Source of the DNA: Acidobacteriota bacterium
GTDB lineage: Bacteria; Acidobacteriota; JAAYUB01
Assembly: GCA_017996395.1 (NCBI GenBank)
Contig: JAGOHA010000003.1
Span: 20,427 to 84,426 of the forward strand
Length of the DNA: 64,000 nt
Direction: 5' to 3'
Of this stretch, positions 20,586 through 28,889 are shown one piece after another. The translations under genes were made by a program, and so were the position numbers. Every line of letters starts with the position of its first letter. The stretch's first letter is position 1. Under the pieces are notes generated by a model, which saw only the letters and a list, made by a program, of their open reading frames with translations, was not told the DNA's origin and ran no database searches.

Positions 20586-22304
20586 ATGTCCGTTTACCTG
20601 TATGTGATCCTGGGATACCTGATTGTGCTGCTGGCGTTCAACTTCTATCGTTCCCGAAAAATCAAGAGCCACGAAGACTTCATGGTCGCCGGACGGTCCT
20701 TGAGTCTCAAGGTGATGGTGTTTACTCTCATCTGCACGTGGATCGGCTCCGGCACATTCATCGCCGGCGCCGAATACGCGGCCAAAGCCGGCTGGAGCAG
20801 CCTGTGGCTGCCGGCCGGGGCCTGGGTGGGCATCGCGGTGATCTTCTTTCTGGCCGGCAAAATCCGAACGTTCGGGCAATACACCATCGGGGACATCCTG
20901 GAGGTGCGCTACGGCAAATTCGCCCGGTTGTTCGGCGCCGTTGCCCTGATCATCGCATTTGTCACCATCGTCAGCTATCAGTTCCGCGCCGGGGGTTACA
21001 TCCTCAACGTGCTGAGCGCCGGGGGCATCAGCGTAGAGACAGGACAAACCCTGACCGCCGCATTCGTCATCCTGTTTACCGCCCTGGGCGGCATGATGGC
21101 CGTGGCCCACACCGACCTGCCCAACGGCATCATCATCGTGCTGGCCTGTCTGGTCGCAGTGCCGCTGGTGATTCTGTTCGCCGGCGGGTGGAACGCCGCG
21201 CCGGCATCGCTGCCAGCCACCCATTTTCAGACCTTCAGCGCCGATTTCGGGGAGCATCCGTGGTTGAAGGGCGGCGCCTATTTTCTGGCCACCATGATGC
21301 TGCTCATGGGTGTGCAGAGCATGTATCAGAAGTTCTACAGCGCCAAAACCCCCCGGGAAGCCAAGACCGCCGTCGGTCTCTGGATCATCGGCACGATCGT
21401 CGTTGAGACGGTGGTGGTGGTCATCGCCATCTACGGTGCATCGGCGAACTGGGTCCAGCTTAAGACGTTCGATATCAGCCGCCAGCTCCAAACCGAGGTG
21501 AGCGCCTCGACAGTGCCGGTGGACCTTGCGGCCCGGGTGGATGCGCTCGTCAGCGAAGGTGAAGCGGCCGGCCAGATCAAACCATCGCAGGCCGTGGAAC
21601 TGCGTGAAACGTTCCAGGCCGAGCTGTATCCGCTGCACGGAGATCGTGAGGCCGTGTTGGCCAAACTCAACCGGATGGGAGACGACCCGGCGTCGATCGT
21701 TCTGGTAGCCGCCCGCAATCTGACCGGCACCGGGTGGCTGGGATTGGTCGCCGGCATGCTCCTGCTGGCCGCCGCCTGCGTGGTGGTGCTCTCCACCGGG
21801 ATGAACTACCTGTTGTCGCCCAGCACGAACATCATGCGCGATATCTACCAGCGCTTTATCCGCCCGGACGCGCCGTCCGAGCGGATGGTGGCGCTGCAGA
21901 AAGTGTTCATCGTGGTGCTGGGAGTCTGCGCCTTCCTGATGATCTTCATCCCCACCGTCCTCAAGCTGAAAATCTCCGTGTTGTCCTACAGCTACTTCGC
22001 CTACACGATGTACGGCGTATCCATCACCCCGGCCTTGTTAGCCGCCTTGAGCTGGAAGCGGGCGACCAAGCTCGGCGGGACGGTGTCCATCATCAGCGGC
22101 GCGTTCGTCGCGTTGCTGCTGGAGATCGTCGTGCCCAATTTTTTCCCTGAAGTGATGCGCGGACCCGTTGGATCCCAGGATCCGTGGGGAATTCCGAGTA
22201 TCTATCCCGCCCTGCTGATCTCGGTGCTCGCCCTGGTGGTGGTCTCTTACCTGACCCCGCCTCCGGATCCGGAGAAGCTGAAAGCCCTTTTTCCCGAGCA
22301 CTGA
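20586..22304 (+). CDS. Sodium:solute symporter (SSF) family transporter
   Basis: SSF-type polytopic profile (FMVAGRSL...WIGSGTFIAGAE); contains an internal hydrophilic insertion of about 90 aa. Confidence 0.65.
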   Translation: MSVYLYVILGYLIVLLAFNFYRSRKIKSHEDFMVAGRSLSLKVMVFTLICTWIGSGTFIAGAEYAAKAGWSSLWLPAGAWVGIAVIFFLAGKIRTFGQYTIGDILEVRYGKFARLFGAVALIIAFVTIVSYQFRAGGYILNVLSAGGISVETGQTLTAAFVILFTALGGMMAVAHTDLPNGIIIVLACLVAVPLVILFAGGWNAAPASLPATHFQTFSADFGEHPWLKGGAYFLATMMLLMGVQSMYQKFYSAKTPREAKTAVGLWIIGTIVVETVVVVIAIYGASANWVQLKTFDISRQLQTEVSASTVPVDLAARVDALVSEGEAAGQIKPSQAVELRETFQAELYPLHGDREAVLAKLNRMGDDPASIVLVAARNLTGTGWLGLVAGMLLLAAACVVVLSTGMNYLLSPSTNIMRDIYQRFIRPDAPSERMVALQKVFIVVLGVCAFLMIFIPTVLKLKISVLSYSYFAYTMYGVSITPALLAALSWKRATKLGGTVSIISGAFVALLLEIVVPNFFPEVMRGPVGSQDPWGIPSIYPALLISVLALVVVSYLTPPPDPEKLKALFPEH

Positions 22305-22343
22305 TTGGGGCAGTCTGGTTGAGGATCTGGCCGGCGATCGGGC

Positions 22344-23465
22344 CTAGATGCCGAATGTGTCGGCCATCTCGGTGAAGTAATTGTCGGTGAAACCGGCGAT
22401 GTAGTACACGATCACGCGATGCATCGGCATCCGTCCGTCGCGGATCATCTCCCGGTAGCGGCTGGGAAGCCGCTCGGGTTGCGCGGCATAAAATTCAAAC
22501 AAACGCCGAATTTTTTCCGTCTCGACCTGCCGACGATCCTGGATCTCCGGGTGCTGGTAGTAATGGACGCGTAGAAACTGCTTCAGTCGGAGCACCCAGC
22601 CGCCCATGTCCGGAGAGTAGCCCACCAGCCGGCGGTCGCACCGGCGAACGTCCGCGACGGTCACTACTCCCGCTTCCGCCAGTTCCCGCTCGATCGTTGC
22701 CGTCATGTCGCGCACCGTCAGGTTCATCATGCGGCGCAGCGTCTCGTTGAAAATCAGGCGGGCATCGGTTCCGGGGTAGCGTTGGTTCAGCTGGGTGTAC
22801 AACTCACGGAAATCGTCCAGTTCCCGCAGGATGACATCCAGGACGACGAATCCCGCTTCCAGCGCGTCATCCAGGTCCGAATAGGAGTAGCAGATCTCGT
22901 CGCAGAAATCCACGATCTGGGACTCGAGCGGCGGCTGACAGGCGAAATCGAACTCAGCCAGGGTGGGATCGTTGCGGTAATGGTCGTTCGTGGAATGCTT
23001 GATGATGCCTTCCCGAACCTCGTAGCTCAAGTTCAAGCCCGGACAGAACGCATATTTCTGTTCGAATTCGTCCACGATGGTGAGCGTGTGCCGGTTATGC
23101 TCGAATGAATCGCTGAAGTGCTGGCAGATCTCGTTCAGGATCTCCTCACCGCAGTGCCCCAGCGGCGGGTGTCCCAGATCGTGGCAGAATCCCAGGCAGG
23201 CGGCCAGATGCGTGTTCAATCCCAGTTTGTCCGCGACGGATCGGCAGAGGGTCGCCACCTCGATGCTGTGGGTCAGACGGGTTCGGTGATGATCGGACCG
23301 CCGGCCCGTGATCACCTGTGTTTTTCCGGCCAACCGCTTGAACGCCCGGGAATGAATGATCCGGTCGGTGTCACGCTCGAAGATCCCGCGGACCTGGTCC
23401 GCGAGTTCTTCTGGAAACCGGCGCCCCCGGGAATCGCATTCGCGCATGGCGTAACTTGACATCAT
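22344..23465 (-). CDS. dgt: dGTPase-like HD-domain triphosphohydrolase
   Basis: HSRAFKRLAGKTQV...RTRLTHSIEVA...HDLGHPPLGH is the HD-domain dGTP triphosphohydrolase signature. Confidence 0.75.
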   Translation of the reverse strand: MMSSYAMRECDSRGRRFPEELADQVRGIFERDTDRIIHSRAFKRLAGKTQVITGRRSDHHRTRLTHSIEVATLCRSVADKLGLNTHLAACLGFCHDLGHPPLGHCGEEILNEICQHFSDSFEHNRHTLTIVDEFEQKYAFCPGLNLSYEVREGIIKHSTNDHYRNDPTLAEFDFACQPPLESQIVDFCDEICYSYSDLDDALEAGFVVLDVILRELDDFRELYTQLNQRYPGTDARLIFNETLRRMMNLTVRDMTATIERELAEAGVVTVADVRRCDRRLVGYSPDMGGWVLRLKQFLRVHYYQHPEIQDRRQVETEKIRRLFEFYAAQPERLPSRYREMIRDGRMPMHRVIVYYIAGFTDNYFTEMADTFGI

Positions 23466-23581
23466 GCCGCTGGTTCTCCCTGCAGACCGCCTGGGTCAGG
23501 GGGCATTGTAGGCCCATCGGGTGCCGTTGGCAAGCCGCTGCACGCTTGATTTTGGATCGGCAAAAAGGTACAATCCGCTCA

Positions 23582-23908
23582 ATGCGAAAACTGATCAGGC
23601 CCACCCGCGAAGAACTCGACCGGCTGAAGAAGCTGTCCAGCCACTCGTCGGTCGTCACCCGCCGCCGTTCGCCGTCGGAGGATACGGGCAGCGAAACACA
23701 CTATCTGCAGCAGCACAGCCAGCATCAGACGCCCATGATCGTCCGGCTGACCTCCGGAGAGGAGATCCGTGGCTGGATCGAGTACTATGATCTGCACTTC
23801 ATCCGGATCACGGTGGAACGGGGACCCAACCGGTTCGTCTTCAAGCGGGACATCCTGTTCATGCACGAGGATCTGGCGGCTCTCAAGCGCCGCCGGCTCA
23901 CCCGTTGA
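23582..23908 (+). CDS. Hfq-like Sm-fold RNA-binding protein with a basic N-terminal extension
   Basis: TPMIVRLTSGEEIRGWIEYYDLHFIRIT...NRFVFKRDILFM aligns by eye to Hfq Sm1/Sm2 ([28 protein letters not shown]...QMVYKHAIST). The track ORF begins at 23456; start chosen at MRKLIRP. Confidence 0.45.
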   Translation: MRKLIRPTREELDRLKKLSSHSSVVTRRRSPSEDTGSETHYLQQHSQHQTPMIVRLTSGEEIRGWIEYYDLHFIRITVERGPNRFVFKRDILFMHEDLAALKRRRLTR

Positions 23909-23923
23909 CCCCCCGCATCGCCA

Positions 23924-24346
23924 TCACCACCAGTGGAAGACGTCGTATCCGAGTTTGAACACCCAGTTCAGCGTCATGGCGGCGATCAGCACGATGCCCC
24001 CGACGATCCGCTCGGTGCGGCTCATTTCCAGCCGGAAGCCCGGCCAGCGCAGCAGCCACTGCCCCGCCACCTGAGTGATCAGGCCGACCAGCACCGCGAA
24101 AACCACCACGCCCAGGGGCGACATGACGACCGCCTCGCTCCACCGACCGTGGGTGAGCAGAACGAACGCGGTGGTCATCCCGCACGTCGGGCACGGCAGG
24201 CCGGTGAATGCGCGGAAGCTGCATAACGGCACCGGGATTCGATCGAACGGGAAGAAGCGGGCGATCAGCAGCGCAATGACGCCGAGAATGCTGATCGCCC
24301 GCGTGTAGTACGAAATCGGGCGGGAGGGGAGAACGATCCACTGCAT
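23924..24346 (-). CDS. DUF2752-family membrane protein
   Basis: CPTCGMTTAF motif and 4-TM profile typical of DUF2752. Confidence 0.5.
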   Translation of the reverse strand: MQWIVLPSRPISYYTRAISILGVIALLIARFFPFDRIPVPLCSFRAFTGLPCPTCGMTTAFVLLTHGRWSEAVVMSPLGVVVFAVLVGLITQVAGQWLLRWPGFRLEMSRTERIVGGIVLIAAMTLNWVFKLGYDVFHWW

Positions 24347-25701
24347 CAGAAAACCTTGAACTGGATCCGCAGGTAGTCCTTTGGATTCTGCCGGACGTCG
24401 TAGATCAGTTTGGCCAGTTCGGCCAGTGCCTGGTTCAGGTTTTCATACAGCTGCCTGTCTTTGAGCAGCTGGCCCATGGTGCCTTCACCCCGGTCGATCT
24501 GTTCCAGAATCTGGCGAATTTTACGAAGCGAATCCCGCGCCTCCTCGAACAGCGTCGGGTCGGTGGACATCCGGCCCAGCGTGCCTTCCCCCTGCTCGAT
24601 CCGCAGGAGCAGGCGATCCACCTTGGCCGACACTTCCCGCAGGTTGTTGTACAGCGCAGGATCATCGACCAGCTTGTTGAGCGTTCCTTGTGACGTGTTG
24701 AGCCGGTTGATGAACTGGTTGAGCTCTTTGGCGGTGGCGGTCAGCTCGTCGTACAGGGCACGGTTATGAACCAGCTGGCCGAAGGTACCCTCGCTGCTGC
24801 GCAGGTCGTCCATGAGCCCGCCCGCCCGCTGAACGGTCACATCCAGGTTCTGGATTGTGGATACCAGCGACCGGTGAAGACTGGTTTCGTTGATGAGCTG
24901 GCCGATGGTGCCTTCGCCGGCGTCCAGCTTGGCCACGATGTTCTTCACGCGGTCCGAGATGTCGCCGAAGTTGGCCATCAGGTCGTTGGCGTTGACCATC
25001 AGCTGCCGGATGGTGGCCTCGTTGACCGCTTCGATGAAGATGTGTCCCTCGGCGGTCCGGCGCGGCTCCTCCGGCAGCCTTCCGATGCTGATATCCACAT
25101 ACTTGTCGCCCAGCAGGCCGATGGAACCGATGCTCACCTCCGAATCGCGCTTGATCCAACCGACGAATTCGTCCTCGATCTGCAGGACCAGTCGGATGCT
25201 CTGGAGATTGCTCCGGGTGGTTTTGAGGTCCTGCCGCGCCGCCGCCTGGTTCTTGCGGAGTCTGGCAAGCCGCTCTTCCTGGAGCAGGATCCCCTCCCGG
25301 ACCTTGTCGGCGTCCGCAGCCTTGGCGGCGGCAAGCGACGCCCGTTCGCGCTCCACCGCCCCTTCCACGTCCCGGACCAGACCGTCGTATCGCTGGACGT
25401 CGGCGATGAGCTGTTGGATCTTTTCGTTCGTGTCCCGGTTGGCTTGCGTGTCCGGCGGGGTCTTCTCCAGTTTAATGTCGTCCACATTGCCGATCTCGAT
25501 GCCGTTGAGCCACACCGGCGCGCCGGCCTTCAAACCGGAGATCTCCGGCAGATAGGTGACCGCATACGATTTGGGGGTGAAGAATCCACGTCCCCCGCTG
25601 ACCCGGACGATCATGAAAATCAGGATGGCGAAGCTGCCGATGACGAAAATGCCGACGCGAAACTCGTGCCAGTTGAATCTCTTCTTGCGCCTTTCCATCA
25701 C
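24346..25701 (-). CDS. mlaD: MCE/MlaD-family protein with five C-terminal helical repeats of about 33 aa
   Basis: N-terminal TM plus MCE domain. Repeating units GEGTIGQL / SEGTFGQL / SQGTLNKL / GEGTLGRM / GEGTMGQL, each followed by xxxLYxxL. Confidence 0.7.
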   Translation of the reverse strand: MMERRKKRFNWHEFRVGIFVIGSFAILIFMIVRVSGGRGFFTPKSYAVTYLPEISGLKAGAPVWLNGIEIGNVDDIKLEKTPPDTQANRDTNEKIQQLIADVQRYDGLVRDVEGAVERERASLAAAKAADADKVREGILLQEERLARLRKNQAAARQDLKTTRSNLQSIRLVLQIEDEFVGWIKRDSEVSIGSIGLLGDKYVDISIGRLPEEPRRTAEGHIFIEAVNEATIRQLMVNANDLMANFGDISDRVKNIVAKLDAGEGTIGQLINETSLHRSLVSTIQNLDVTVQRAGGLMDDLRSSEGTFGQLVHNRALYDELTATAKELNQFINRLNTSQGTLNKLVDDPALYNNLREVSAKVDRLLLRIEQGEGTLGRMSTDPTLFEEARDSLRKIRQILEQIDRGEGTMGQLLKDRQLYENLNQALAELAKLIYDVRQNPKDYLRIQFKVF

Positions 25702-25725
25702 GGTGCCTCTCCTCGATGCGTTCGA

Positions 25726-26517
25726 TTAGGAAATGAACTCCTGGATGTACGAATCGCCGCTGCTGACCAGCTCGTCCATGTTGCCTGAAAACACGATCCG
25801 CCCGTCCCGCAGCACGCTGAACGAGGTGTGGATGAAACACTGGTCGGCAGGCTCCCGCTCCACCCGGATGTCGCCGGGCGACACGACCCGAGCCGTATGT
25901 TCCGCCAGGAAGTACGCGGCATTCAGATCGTGCGTCACCACGACCGAGGACATCCCCTCCATGTCGCGAAGTTTGACCAGCAGGTCGCAGATCGACCGCG
26001 ACGTCACGGGATCGAGCCCCGCGGTCGGCTCGTCGTACAGCATGTACCGTGGCTGTCCCGCCAGAGCACGGGCGATGGCGACCCGGCGGCGCATGCCCCC
26101 CGACAGCTCGGCCGGTTTCATGTCGATGGTGTGGGCCAATTCGACGAAACCGAGCAGCCGGGTCACAATCTCGTCGATCTCGTGCTCTTCCCAGCCGCCT
26201 TCGTCGTAGAGGCGATAACCCACATTCTGACGGATGGTCAGCGAGTCGAACAATGCGCCCTCCTGAAAGACGATCCCCATCTGGTCGCGGATCGCGATCA
26301 GCTCATCCTCTTTCAACCGGGAGATATCCACGTCGCTGATCATCACCTGCCCCGCATCGCATCGCTCGAGGCCGATGAAGAGCCGCAGCAGGGTTGATTT
26401 GCCGGATCCGCTACCCCCCAGAACGATCAGACTTTCCGCCGGCCCCACCCTCAGGCTGATATCCTGCAGCACCGGGGTGCCGGCGTAGGATTTGTCGACG
26501 TGCAGCATCTCCAACAT
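25726..26517 (-). CDS. mlaF: ABC transporter ATP-binding protein MlaF
   Basis: Walker A GGSGSGKST, signature LSGGMRRRVAIARAL, Walker B MLYDEPTAGLD. Confidence 0.85.
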   Translation of the reverse strand: MLEMLHVDKSYAGTPVLQDISLRVGPAESLIVLGGSGSGKSTLLRLFIGLERCDAGQVMISDVDISRLKEDELIAIRDQMGIVFQEGALFDSLTIRQNVGYRLYDEGGWEEHEIDEIVTRLLGFVELAHTIDMKPAELSGGMRRRVAIARALAGQPRYMLYDEPTAGLDPVTSRSICDLLVKLRDMEGMSSVVVTHDLNAAYFLAEHTARVVSPGDIRVEREPADQCFIHTSFSVLRDGRIVFSGNMDELVSSGDSYIQEFIS

Positions 26518-26524
26518 GGCGCGC

Positions 26525-27289
26525 TCAGTGAAAAAATTCGATGATGAGTTTGTTCAGGATGAAATCCGAGATGATCACCAGAATGGATGCGGCGACCACC
26601 GACTTCGTGGTGGCCCGGCCCACCCCCTGGGTGCCGCCCCAGGTCCGCAGTCCGTGATGGCAGCCGATCATCGCCACGATGAAACCGAACACGAGCGGCT
26701 TGCCCAGCCCGCCGATCAGGTCTTCATAGGTCAGCGAGTCGAACGCCACCGACCAGAACAGCGACGTCCGGAGCTTCAGTTCATACAGCGAAACCAGCCA
26801 GCCGCCGATCAAACCGAAAAAGTCACAAACGGCCGTCAACAGCGGCAGCATGGAGACCGTGGCCATCATCCGGGGGGTCACCAGCTTCTTGATAGGATCG
26901 GTGCCTAAAGCCCGCATGGCGTTGATCTGGTCGGTGACAACCATCGAACCTAATTCGGAGGCGATCCCCGATCCGATGCGTCCGGCGATCATGAGCGCCG
27001 ACAAAACCGGCCCCAACTCGCGCACCAGGCTCATCGAAACCAGCTGACCGGTCAGGCCCACGGCTCCGAACGAGCGAAGGGTGCTGGCGGTCTGGAGCGC
27101 TAGAACGCCACCCGTGAAAAATCCGGTCAGGATGATGATGGTCAGCGAGCCGACGCCGATCAGGTCCATCTGCTCGAAGGTTTCGCGGATGTAGCGCGGC
27201 CGGCGGAACAGGTTCAGGATCGCCTTGAACGCCAACAGGCTGAAATCCTGGATTTCCACCAAAGCGCTGATGATCAGGTTCAACAACAT
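26525..27289 (-). CDS. mlaE: ABC transporter permease MlaE
   Basis: MlaE-type permease profile (TDQINAMRALGTDPIKKLV). Confidence 0.8.
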   Translation of the reverse strand: MLLNLIISALVEIQDFSLLAFKAILNLFRRPRYIRETFEQMDLIGVGSLTIIILTGFFTGGVLALQTASTLRSFGAVGLTGQLVSMSLVRELGPVLSALMIAGRIGSGIASELGSMVVTDQINAMRALGTDPIKKLVTPRMMATVSMLPLLTAVCDFFGLIGGWLVSLYELKLRTSLFWSVAFDSLTYEDLIGGLGKPLVFGFIVAMIGCHHGLRTWGGTQGVGRATTKSVVAASILVIISDFILNKLIIEFFH

Positions 27290-27366
27290 GGTACTCGTTC
27301 AGGCACGCGTCGGATTTTCTTTTTATACCATACAACCATGCGGAGGCCAACCGCCGAGGCGGCCTG

Positions 27367-28251
27367 TCAGGAACGCGGATGGTATTTCTTATAGATCTCC
27401 TTCAGGCGCGATTGCGTCACAAAGGTGTAGATCTGGGTGGTGGCGATATCCGCATGCCCCAGCATCAGCTGCAGCGATCGGAGATCGGCCCCGTTCTCCA
27501 GCAGGTGGGTGGCGAACGAATGCCGGAGCAGGTGCGGGGTGATGTTTTTCATGATCCCCGCGTCACGACCGTAGCGTTTGATGTTCTTCCAGAATCCCTG
27601 CCGGGACATCCGCCGGCCGAACCGATTGACGAAGAGGTAGGGCTCCGGCTGCTTCATCAGCAGATTGCGGGCTTCGCGGATGTACCGCTGCACCCAATCC
27701 CGGGCCTGGTCGCCCACCGGGACGATTCGCTCCTTGCTCCCCTTGCCGAGGCAGATGATGTACCCGATCTCCAGGTTGACATCGGGCACCTTGACGTTGA
27801 CCAGTTCCGTCACCCGCAGCCCGGTGGCGTAGAGGAGCTCCAGCATCGCCTTGTCCCGCAGTCCTTCCGGAGACACCGGATCAGGCTGTGACAACAGCGC
27901 ATCCACCTCGGCCGGGCTCAGGTACTTCGGGAGCGTGTGCCACCGCCGCGGCGCCTCCAGCAATTCGGCGGGATCGCCGGCCATGTGCCCGTCCCCGACC
28001 AGGAATCGGAACAATCCCCGCAGACTGGCCACGGCCCGGGCCACCGAAGACGGCTTGTACCCTGCGGTGTACAACTCTTTCAGATACGCAAGGAGGTCCA
28101 CCCGCTCGGTCTGGATCAGCTCCCGGCCGCGCGCCTCCAGGAAGTGCCTGAATCGCCGAAGGTCCGTGCGGTATGCCGCGACTGAGTTCGGCGCCAACCC
28201 TTTTTCAACGGTCAGGTGCTGCAGAAACTCGGCGAAAAGATCCCGGCTCAT
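27367..28251 (-). CDS. xerD: Tyrosine recombinase XerD/XerC
   Basis: SAM-like N-domain plus catalytic HLLRHSFATHLLENGADLRSLQLMLGHADIATTQIYT. Confidence 0.8.
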   Translation of the reverse strand: MSRDLFAEFLQHLTVEKGLAPNSVAAYRTDLRRFRHFLEARGRELIQTERVDLLAYLKELYTAGYKPSSVARAVASLRGLFRFLVGDGHMAGDPAELLEAPRRWHTLPKYLSPAEVDALLSQPDPVSPEGLRDKAMLELLYATGLRVTELVNVKVPDVNLEIGYIICLGKGSKERIVPVGDQARDWVQRYIREARNLLMKQPEPYLFVNRFGRRMSRQGFWKNIKRYGRDAGIMKNITPHLLRHSFATHLLENGADLRSLQLMLGHADIATTQIYTFVTQSRLKEIYKKYHPRS

Positions 28252-28253
28252 GC

Positions 28254-28889
28254 TCAGAGCACAATGTAGGGATTGAAGTGAATTTCGTCTTCCACGGTGC
28301 TTTCCGGACCGTGCCCCGGCAGCAGTCGCGTGGCCGGCGGAAGCGGGAGGATCCGGTCCCGGATGGAACGGAGCAACGCGGCCTCGTCGCCGCCCGGCAG
28401 GTCGGTCCGGCCGATGCCGCCGGCGAACAGCGTGTCACCCGTGAAGCAGGTCGTGTCCAGCAGCAGGCAGCACCCGCCCGGCGTGTGTCCCGGAGTGTGC
28501 AGCACTCGAAAGACCATGCAACCCACCGCCAGGTGCTGGCCGTCCTCCAGCCACGCGCGTGGTTCCGGGCACGGGCGCGCCTGCAGCAGGGGGACCAGAC
28601 CGAAGATGTCCGGCGCGGTGAGGAGATACTCGTCATGGCGATGCAGATGCCCGACCGAGGGAAAGGCGTCCGCCACATCGGCCGCCGCGGCCCAGTGGTC
28701 CAGATGGCCATGCGTGTGGATCATCATGACCGGGCGCCATCCCAGCGCCCGCAGACGGTCCACGATGCGGCCGCCGTCCGCCCCCGGATCGATCACCGCG
28801 GCTTGCCGGGTCTCCATGCAACCGACGAGATAACAGTTCACCTCGAGCGGGCCCACGACGACGGTTTCGATCTGGAAGCGGGCCATCAT
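28254..28889 (-). CDS. MBL-fold metallo-hydrolase (glyoxalase II-like)
   Basis: HTHGHLDH zinc motif; HTPGHTPG. Confidence 0.75.
   Translation of the reverse strand: MMARFQIETVVVGPLEVNCYLVGCMETRQAAVIDPGADGGRIVDRLRALGWRPVMMIHTHGHLDHWAAAADVADAFPSVGHLHRHDEYLLTAPDIFGLVPLLQARPCPEPRAWLEDGQHLAVGCMVFRVLHTPGHTPGGCCLLLDTTCFTGDTLFAGGIGRTDLPGGDEAALLRSIRDRILPLPPATRLLPGHGPESTVEDEIHFNPYIVL

Noticed and set aside
22305-22343. Possible bidirectional terminator between the convergent SSF transporter and dgt (GGCCGGCGATCGGGCC)
   Set aside because: The palindrome is imperfect and is not followed by a T-run on either strand.
27367-28251. xerD as a marker of an integrative mobile element
   Set aside because: It is a single XerC/D-type recombinase inside a housekeeping operon. 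There are no flanking direct repeats, no excisionase and no cargo genes.
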